Source of the DNA: Candidatus Omnitrophota bacterium
Lineage (GTDB): Bacteria; Ratteibacteria; UBA8468; B48-G9; JAFGKM01
Direction of reading: 5' to 3'
Length of the DNA: 64,000 nt
Assembly: GCA_023819375.1 (NCBI GenBank)
Contig: JAMWDI010000001.1
Coordinates: 107,685-171,684, forward strand
In this document: piece after piece, positions 57,416 through 64,000 of the stretch
How the letters are laid out: every line of letters begins with the position of its first letter
How positions within the stretch are numbered: the first letter of the stretch is position 1
Notes under the pieces: generated by a model
What the model saw: only the letters and a program-made list of their open reading frames with translations
The model's database searches: none
Told to the model about the DNA's origin: nothing
Position numbers and translations under genes: made by a program

Positions 57416-57979
57416 ATGAAAAAGAAACTTTTTTATTTTTTACTGTTTTTTTTGTTTTTCCTAACATCTTGTGGAAAGAAAGAAGAAAAGGATGTTAAAA
57501 GTTCAGAAGAAGAAAAACTTTCAGAATTTTCTTTAAAACAATTTTCACATAAATATCTTCTCATTGTTAATGGGGAAAGTGCAGAAATTTTAGAAAATAA
57601 GAATATAAAAGTTTCTTCTCCTTCTTTTTCACTGAAGACTTCAGACGAAATAATTGAAATAAAAACGGATAAATTGGGAAAAGGAGAAATTAAAGTTGAA
57701 CCTGAGACAAAGCAAATTAAAGAAATAACAATAACTGGAAAGATTTTAATTTTATATAAGGACAAAAAGGAAGAGAAAATAACAATGGAAATATCATGCG
57801 AAAAATTAACTTATATTGATGAAAAAAAAGAAATGATATTTGAAGGAAATCCTCTTATTAAAAGAGGAAAAAATAAATTTTCAGGTGATAGGATTATTTA
57901 CAATATTGAAAAAAATATCATAGAAATAAAGGGAAATGTGAATGTTGAAATATTTCCTGAAGAAAAATCTGGTAAATAG
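57416..57979 (+). CDS. Lipoprotein, possibly LptC/OstA-like
   Basis: 187 aa. Lipobox LTSCG, beta-rich Lys/Glu-rich body ending in a GNV motif. Family assignment tentative. Confidence 0.35.
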   Translation: MKKKLFYFLLFFLFFLTSCGKKEEKDVKSSEEEKLSEFSLKQFSHKYLLIVNGESAEILENKNIKVSSPSFSLKTSDEIIEIKTDKLGKGEIKVEPETKQIKEITITGKILILYKDKKEEKITMEISCEKLTYIDEKKEMIFEGNPLIKRGKNKFSGDRIIYNIEKNIIEIKGNVNVEIFPEEKSGK

Positions 57980-58838
57980 TTTGGTTTTAATTATTTTTTC
58001 TGTTTTTTATGCGTTTTCACAGAATTTATATATTAAACTACTTGATGGTGAAGTTATAAAAGAAATTGAACTTGAGGAATATATTGCAGGAGTTGTTTCA
58101 GAAGAAATGAGTGATAAATATCCAATAGAAGCGTTAAAAGCACAAGCAGTTATCTCAAGGACTTATTTGCTCTGGAAAATAAAAACAAATAAAAACAATA
58201 GTTATGACATTGAAAATTCAGTCTATAATCAAGTTTATAAGCCTTGTAGAAGTGAAAAAATAAAACATGCTATTGAAGAAACAAAAGGAGAAATTTTAAC
58301 AACTTTTAATGGTGAAATAATGCCTGTCTTTTTTCATGCCTGTTGTGGCGGCAAAACAGCAATTCCTTCAGATGTCTGGAGTGGAAATTATAATTTTATT
58401 TCTTCAATTGAAGATCCATATTGTAAAAATTCTAAATATACTCACTGGGAAAAGAAAATTCCAAAAGATTATTTATCTCAACTTTTTGGGTTTAAAATTT
58501 TAAAAGTAGAAATAATAGAAAGAGATATTTCTGGAAGAGCAAAATTTTTGCAAATTATTGGAGAAAATGGTATAATTAAAAAATTTAAAGGGAATGAATT
58601 TAGATTAAAGATAAATGGAAGAAAATTTTATTTCCACAATCCATATATAATTCCAAGTACTTTATTTGATATTGAAGACAATGGCAATATTATAATTATG
58701 AAAGGGAAAGGATATGGCCATGGTGTTGGAATGTGTCAGGAAGGTGCAAAAAAAATGGCTGAAATTGGATTTAATTATAAAGAAATATTAAAATTTTATT
58801 TCCCTGAACTGGAAATAAGGAATTTTTATAAGAATTAA
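57942..58838 (+). CDS. SpoIID/LytB-domain protein (peptidoglycan remodelling)
   Basis: 298 aa. Signal peptide, SpoIID-family blocks (AQAVISRTYLL, FHACCGGKTA, GHGVGMCQ). Confidence 0.75.
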   Translation: MLKYFLKKNLVNSLVLIIFSVFYAFSQNLYIKLLDGEVIKEIELEEYIAGVVSEEMSDKYPIEALKAQAVISRTYLLWKIKTNKNNSYDIENSVYNQVYKPCRSEKIKHAIEETKGEILTTFNGEIMPVFFHACCGGKTAIPSDVWSGNYNFISSIEDPYCKNSKYTHWEKKIPKDYLSQLFGFKILKVEIIERDISGRAKFLQIIGENGIIKKFKGNEFRLKINGRKFYFHNPYIIPSTLFDIEDNGNIIIMKGKGYGHGVGMCQEGAKKMAEIGFNYKEILKFYFPELEIRNFYKN

Positions 58839-58852
58839 AAAGGAGTAAGAAT

Positions 58853-59149
58853 ATGGATATTAAAATCCATTCAGAAGTTAAAATAGACAAAGTATTTGAG
58901 GATTATATAAAAGAAAAAATTGAAAAACTGCAAAAGTTTATTTTTGATAATGGCTACGTAGAGTTTCATATAAGAAAAGATGGTTCTTTATTTTTAACTG
59001 AATTTTATTTGCATTCAAAAAATTTAAAGGTTTTTTTAACAGAAAAAAGCAACGATCTTAATAGAAGTGTTGAAATTTTACTTGACAGAGCAAAAGAAAA
59101 AGTGAGAAAACTGCATGATAAAATTGTAAACAAAAAGGGGGAAAAATGA
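58853..59149 (+). CDS. hpf: Ribosome hibernation promoting factor / RaiA family
   Basis: 98 aa with typical size and fold pattern; followed by ptsN as in the conserved hpf-ptsN arrangement. Confidence 0.75.
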   Translation: MDIKIHSEVKIDKVFEDYIKEKIEKLQKFIFDNGYVEFHIRKDGSLFLTEFYLHSKNLKVFLTEKSNDLNRSVEILLDRAKEKVRKLHDKIVNKKGEK

Positions 59150-59619
59150 AAATTGTTGATTATCTTAAAGAGGACCGAATAATAATTAATTTAAAAAGTA
59201 GAGACAAAAAGGGAGTTTTGAAGGAATTGATAAGTTTATTAGAAAAAAATGGTTATGTTAAAGATGGAGAAAAGATACTTGAAACTGTGATGGAAAGAGA
59301 AAAACTTGGCTCAACAGGAATTGGACAGGGAATAGCAATACCACATGCTAAAACAGACCAAATTAACGATATTATTTGTGCTCTTGGAATATCAAAAAAT
59401 GGTGTTGATTTTGATTCCCTTGATGGAGAACCAGTTTATATTATATTTTTAGTCCTTGCACCAATAAAATCTATAGGACAACATTTAAAAACCCTTGCCA
59501 AAATTGCAAGACTTTTAAAAGACAAAGTTTTTAGAACTTCACTAAGAAATTGTAAAACCCCTGAAGAAGCATTAAAAATTATTAAAGAAGATGAAGAAAA
59601 ACTAAATAGTTTGACTTAA
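59146..59619 (+). CDS. ptsN: PTS EIIA-Ntr type regulatory protein (PtsN)
   Basis: 157 aa. EIIA-2 fold with GSTGIGQGIAIPHAK phospho-His region. ATGA overlap with hpf. Confidence 0.8.
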   Translation: MKIVDYLKEDRIIINLKSRDKKGVLKELISLLEKNGYVKDGEKILETVMEREKLGSTGIGQGIAIPHAKTDQINDIICALGISKNGVDFDSLDGEPVYIIFLVLAPIKSIGQHLKTLAKIARLLKDKVFRTSLRNCKTPEEALKIIKEDEEKLNSLT

Positions 59620-59620
59620 A

Positions 59621-61330
59621 ATGAAAAAATTAAAAGGTTTCGGAGCATCTCCAGGAATTGGTATTGGAAAGGCAGAAAAAATAATAAGTGATACTTTTTC
59701 TGTTTATGAAGGAAAAAAAATACACAGTAGCAAAGTAGAAGAGGAAATAAAAAGATTTTATGATGGAATTAAAAGAACCCAAGAAGAAATTTTAAAAATA
59801 AAACAGGCGACAGAAAAACTAGCAGGAAAAGAATATTCAGAGATATTTTCTTTTCATATTTCAATACTTCAGGATAAAAATTTAATAGAAAAAATTGAAA
59901 AAATAATAAAAGAAGAGAAAGTATCTGCTGAAAGCGCCTTGAAAAAATTTGTTATAAATTTAAACAGGGATATTTCAGAAAGTAAATTTCTAAAAGAAAG
60001 AAAAAAAGAATTGCTTGATATTTTTGAACAGATACTTATAAACCTTACAAATAAAGACGAAGAAATAAAATTATTAAAAAACAAAATAATAGTTGCTAAT
60101 GACCTTTCTCCTACTCAAACAGTTTCAATAAATAAAAAATACATAAAAGGATTTGTAACTTCTATTGGAACAGAAACTTCACATACAGTTATCATAGCCA
60201 AAGCACTTGAAATACCTGCTGTTGTTGGAGTTGAAAATGCTATGGAAGTTATAAAAGAAAATGATACATTATTAATTGATGGTTATGAAGGTATTGTAAT
60301 AGTCAATCCAACACCTTCTGAAATTGAGAAGAGAAAATTAAAAGAAAAAAAGATTGCGCAAATAAAAAAGAAGATATATATATTAAAGAATTTAGAAACT
60401 TCCACACTTGATAAAAAGAAGGTTGAACTTTATGCAAATATTGAACTTCCTGAAGAAATTGAATCTGTTATAAAATATGGAGCAGAAGGAATAGGTCTTT
60501 TTAGAACTGAATATTTATATTTAAAAAGGAAGGATTTACCATCTGAAGAGGAACAATTTCTTTCTTATATGAAAATAATTGAAAAAATGGGGAAAAAACC
60601 TATCATTATAAGAACAATTGATGTAGGTGGAGACAAATTTATATCTTCTTTTAAAGGCCCGGAAGAGTTGAATTCCTTTTTAGGATTAAGAGGTATAAGA
60701 TTCTGCCTTGTTAAAAAAGAGATTTTTTTAACACAATTAAAGGCAATTTTAAGAGCAAGTTATTATGGAAATTTGAAAATTATGTTTCCTATGATAACAA
60801 CAAAGGAAGAAGTTATTGAAGCTAAAAAAATAGTAGAAATTGCAAAACAAGAATTGAGAGAAAAAGGAATTAAATTTAATGATAACATTGAAATAGGGAT
60901 TATGATTGAAACACCATCTGCTGCTTTAATTTCTGATGAACTTAGTAAAGAAGTAAATTTTTTCAGCATTGGTTCTAATGATTTAATCCAATATACACTT
61001 GCAATTGATAGAGTAAATGAAAAATTATCTTATTTATATAAACCCTGCCATCCATCTATTCTTAAATTAATAAAATTAACTATTGAAAATGCAAAGAAAA
61101 ATAATATAAAAGTTGGAATATGTGGTGAAATGGCTTCTATTCCTGAAATTGCCTGTTTATTAGTTGGAATGGGAATAGATGAGTTAAGTATGGCTCCTGT
61201 TGCAATTCCAAATGTAAAAGAAAAAATTATTAAAAATTACTATGAAAAAATGAAAGAAGTGGCTGAAAAATCTTTAAACTTTAATTCACATGAAAAAATA
61301 ATAGAATTTCTGAAGGAAAGTTTAAATTAA
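59621..61330 (+). CDS. ptsI: Phosphoenolpyruvate-protein phosphotransferase (Enzyme I)
   Basis: 569 aa. Phospho-His domain (GTETSHTVIIAKALEIPAVVG), PEP-utilising TIM barrel (GSNDLIQYTLAIDR). Confidence 0.9.
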   Translation: MKKLKGFGASPGIGIGKAEKIISDTFSVYEGKKIHSSKVEEEIKRFYDGIKRTQEEILKIKQATEKLAGKEYSEIFSFHISILQDKNLIEKIEKIIKEEKVSAESALKKFVINLNRDISESKFLKERKKELLDIFEQILINLTNKDEEIKLLKNKIIVANDLSPTQTVSINKKYIKGFVTSIGTETSHTVIIAKALEIPAVVGVENAMEVIKENDTLLIDGYEGIVIVNPTPSEIEKRKLKEKKIAQIKKKIYILKNLETSTLDKKKVELYANIELPEEIESVIKYGAEGIGLFRTEYLYLKRKDLPSEEEQFLSYMKIIEKMGKKPIIIRTIDVGGDKFISSFKGPEELNSFLGLRGIRFCLVKKEIFLTQLKAILRASYYGNLKIMFPMITTKEEVIEAKKIVEIAKQELREKGIKFNDNIEIGIMIETPSAALISDELSKEVNFFSIGSNDLIQYTLAIDRVNEKLSYLYKPCHPSILKLIKLTIENAKKNNIKVGICGEMASIPEIACLLVGMGIDELSMAPVAIPNVKEKIIKNYYEKMKEVAEKSLNFNSHEKIIEFLKESLN

Positions 61331-61344
61331 AAGGAGAAATAAAT

Positions 61345-62370
61345 ATGAATCTTATTGAAAAAAACATTAAAAAATATGATAAAAATGACATGTTTTCTCT
61401 TTTGAAAAACTTTCCTAAACATTGTTATGAAGGCTATAATGTTGAAACACCTTTAGTGGCAAAAAAATTTAAAAAAATCATATTTACAGGAATGGGGGGT
61501 TCTGGAATTAGTGGAGATATTATGAAAATTTTATTAGAAGAAAAAAATATTCCTGTTTTTGTTGTAAAAGATTATGTGTTACCCTCTTTTACAGATGAGG
61601 AAAGTTTGGTTATTGCTGAAAGTTATTCTGGAAATACTGAAGAAACATTGAATACATATAAAATTGCAAAGGAAAGAAAAAGTTTAATTCTATGTGTTTC
61701 AAGTAATGGAGAACTGGAAAAATTATGTCAAAAGGATAATATTCCAATAATTAAAATTCCCTTAGGATTACCCCCCAGATGTGCCTTTGGATATCTTTTT
61801 TTCACTGTATATAAATTTTTTGTAAATCTTAACATTTTGTCAAAACTCGACAATGGTTTTTTCAAAAAAATAGAGAACTGGACAAATGAATTTCTACCCT
61901 CAAATGAAAATAACAGAGGAATAGAAATTGCTGGTAAATTTTTTAAAAAAATACCATTGATTTATTCAGAAAATAGATTTTTACCCGGTATTTTAAGATG
62001 GAAAACTCAAATTGCTGAAAATTCTAAAAATTTTTGCTTCATAAATGTTTTGCCAGAAATGAATCATAATGAAATAATGTCTTTTTATTTTCCTAAATAT
62101 TTTTTGAAGAAGTTGATTGTTCTTTTTGTAATATCTGGACTTGAAAATGAAAGAATTAAAAAGAGAATTGATATAACAAAAGATCTTATTTCCAACAAAA
62201 TAAATGAAGTCTTGATGATAGAATTAAAAGGAGATACCATATTAGAAAAACTTTTATATTTAATAATATTTGGTGACTGGGTGAGTTTTTATCTCGCAAT
62301 CTTAAATAAAATAAATCCAACTGAAATTAGAGAAATTGATATATTAAAGGAAAAACTTAAAGGAGGTTAA
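61345..62370 (+). CDS. Bifunctional phosphoglucose/phosphomannose isomerase (SIS-domain)
   Basis: 341 aa. SIS phosphosugar-binding motif [13 protein letters not shown], second SIS-like half. Confidence 0.65.
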   Translation: MNLIEKNIKKYDKNDMFSLLKNFPKHCYEGYNVETPLVAKKFKKIIFTGMGGSGISGDIMKILLEEKNIPVFVVKDYVLPSFTDEESLVIAESYSGNTEETLNTYKIAKERKSLILCVSSNGELEKLCQKDNIPIIKIPLGLPPRCAFGYLFFTVYKFFVNLNILSKLDNGFFKKIENWTNEFLPSNENNRGIEIAGKFFKKIPLIYSENRFLPGILRWKTQIAENSKNFCFINVLPEMNHNEIMSFYFPKYFLKKLIVLFVISGLENERIKKRIDITKDLISNKINEVLMIELKGDTILEKLLYLIIFGDWVSFYLAILNKINPTEIREIDILKEKLKGG

Positions 62371-62372
62371 AA

Positions 62373-63515
62373 GTGAAAAATTACTATTATTTTACATCAG
62401 AATCGGTTTGCGAAGGACATCCAGATAAAATTTGTGACCAAATTTCTGATGCTATACTTGATGAAGTTTTAAAACAGGATAAAAATGGAAGAGTTGCTTG
62501 TGAAACTTTAACAACAAGAGGATTAATATTTGTTGCAGGAGAAATCACAACTACAGGATATGTTGATATTCCAGAAGTTGCAAGAAATTTACTAAAGGAA
62601 ATAGGGTATACAGATCCTTCTTATGGTTTCCAATATGAATCAGTTGGAGTAATTACTGCTATTCAAGAACAAGCACCAGAGATTGCTGCAGGTGTTGATA
62701 GAGGTGGTGCAGGAGATCAGGGAATGATGTTTGGATATGCAACAGATGAAACTCCTGAACTTATGCCTTTACCAATAACTCTTGCTCATAAACTTGTAAT
62801 GCGTTTGGCTGAAGTAAGAAAAAAGAAAATTATTGATTATTTAAGACCGGATGGAAAATCACAGGTAACAGTTCTATATGAAGATGGTAAACCTATAAGA
62901 GTAGAAAGTGTTGTTATTTCTGCGCAACATAATCCAGATGTTTCTCAGAAAAGAATAAAAGAAGATATCATAGAGATTGTTATAAATTATGTTATTCCAA
63001 AGGAAATGCGAAGCCCAACTATGAAAATATTTATAAATCCAACAGGAAGTTTTGTCATTGGAGGTCCAATGGCAGATACTGGTGTTACAGGAAGAAAAAT
63101 TATTGTTGATACATATGGTGGAGTTGGAAGTCATGGTGGTGGATGCTTTTCAGGGAAAGATCCCACTAAGGTTGATAGATCTGGTTCTTATATGGCAAGA
63201 TATCTTGCAAAAAATATTGTCGCTGCAGGAATTGCTAAAAAATGCGCTATTCAAATCGCCTATGTTATTGGACAAGTAGAACCTGTTTCTTTAATGGTAA
63301 ATACTTATGGAACTGGTATTATCCCTGATCACGAGATTTTAAATATAATAAAAGAAAATTTTGACCTTTCACCAAGAGGTATTATTAAAAAATTGGATCT
63401 TTTAAGACCTATTTACAAAAAAACTGCCTGTTATGGACATTTTGGAAGAAACGACGAAGATTTTACATGGGAAAAAACTGATTCTGTAGAGATTTTCAAG
63501 AAAAATATTAAATAA
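62373..63515 (+). CDS. metK: S-adenosylmethionine synthetase
   Basis: 380 aa, GTG start after GGAGG. Signatures [41 protein letters not shown]. Confidence 0.95.
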   Translation: MKNYYYFTSESVCEGHPDKICDQISDAILDEVLKQDKNGRVACETLTTRGLIFVAGEITTTGYVDIPEVARNLLKEIGYTDPSYGFQYESVGVITAIQEQAPEIAAGVDRGGAGDQGMMFGYATDETPELMPLPITLAHKLVMRLAEVRKKKIIDYLRPDGKSQVTVLYEDGKPIRVESVVISAQHNPDVSQKRIKEDIIEIVINYVIPKEMRSPTMKIFINPTGSFVIGGPMADTGVTGRKIIVDTYGGVGSHGGGCFSGKDPTKVDRSGSYMARYLAKNIVAAGIAKKCAIQIAYVIGQVEPVSLMVNTYGTGIIPDHEILNIIKENFDLSPRGIIKKLDLLRPIYKKTACYGHFGRNDEDFTWEKTDSVEIFKKNIK

Positions 63516-63516
63516 A

Positions 63517-64000
63517 ATGGATTATTCAATAAAAGACATAAATCTATTCAAAGAAGGTGAAAAAAAAGTTAGATGGGCATTTGATCATATGCCAGTTTTA
63601 AAAAAGTTAAGAGATATATATTCAAAAAATAAAATTTTTAAGAATTATAAAATAGGAGCATGTTTACATATAACATCTGAAACTGCAAATCTTGTCTTAA
63701 ATCTTAAAGAGGCAGGTGCTGAAGTTTTCTTATGCGCTTCAAATCCTTTAAGCACTCAAGATGAAATTGCAGCATATCTTGTAAAAATGGGAATTTCTGT
63801 TTTTGGTAAAAAGGGGGAAAGCAGTAAAGAATATTATAAAAATATTGAAGAAGTGAGCAAAAGATTACCACATTTCATAATTGATGATGGAGGAGATTTG
63901 ATTATCTTTATTCATCAAAATGAAAAATATATGAAAAATGTAATTGGAGCAACAGAAGAGACAACAACAGGGGTTATCAGATTGAAAAACTTACATAAAC
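63517..64000 (+). CDS. ahcY: S-adenosyl-L-homocysteine hydrolase (partial; 3' end beyond window)
   Basis: ATG at 63517, 1 nt after the metK stop. GACLHITSETANL, CASNPLSTQD, DDGGDL, EETTTGV motifs. Runs off the window end. Confidence 0.9.
   Translation, partial: MDYSIKDINLFKEGEKKVRWAFDHMPVLKKLRDIYSKNKIFKNYKIGACLHITSETANLVLNLKEAGAEVFLCASNPLSTQDEIAAYLVKMGISVFGKKGESSKEYYKNIEEVSKRLPHFIIDDGGDLIIFIHQNEKYMKNVIGATEETTTGVIRLKNLHK

Noticed and set aside
1-64000. CRISPR arrays, transposases, integrases, prophage genes, rRNA
   Set aside because: No regularly spaced direct repeats with unique spacers were seen, and no ORF has transposase or integrase motifs. The only notable repeats are the 21-bp tandem at 17675-17716 and the pilin gene duplication.

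Overview
Strongly AT-rich, very gene-dense bacterial chromosomal segment (GC not computed; clearly low by eye). Almost all of it is coding, with many short gene overlaps. I call about 75 protein-coding genes and one tRNA-Leu(CAG). There is no rRNA, CRISPR array, transposase or integrase. Gene blocks in order: (1) a Fur-family regulator with an ArsP/DUF318-like permease; (2) a ten-gene minus-strand sulfur and Fe-S operon led by an Rrf2 regulator (cysteine synthase, DUF39 plus NIL-ferredoxin homocysteine pair, cysteine desulfurase, NadA, IscU, a prepilin-like DUF1559-type protein, Nfu, LarE-like PP-loop sulfurtransferase); (3) a hybrid-cluster-protein (hcp) operon; (4) mntP, and pit-DUF47-PP-loop thiolase; (5) secreted subtilisin and phosphofructokinase; (6) GGDEF and PAS/HD-GYP c-di-GMP enzymes, tmk, holB; (7) Clp1-like kinase and agmatinase; (8) a complete type IVa pilus locus (pilB, pilT, pilC, two tandem pilins, pilMNOPQ, minor pilins, PilX-like); (9) GHMP kinase, LarA-like racemase with a 2-hydroxyacid dehydrogenase; (10) an envelope glycoconjugate cluster (ICMT-like, DUF2062, PIG-L, GT39-TPR, ArsR, epimerase); (11) hisHF, a stand-alone GMP synthase B subunit, EndoQ-like nuclease, glycosyltransferases, CCA enzyme; (12) nusA-infB, hpf-ptsN-ptsI, PGI/PMI, metK-ahcY. 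The most sequence-grounded novel signal is a near-identical element just downstream of consensus promoters for both the Rrf2-led operon and hcp, a candidate Rrf2 operator. Other leads are the scattered nickel-pincer cofactor components (LarE-like, LarA-like), a perfect 21-bp tandem near-palindrome in the PFK/GGDEF divergent promoter, two 93.5 percent identical tandem pilin genes, and several archaeal-type genes. All functional calls come from reading motifs in the translations; no database search was run.
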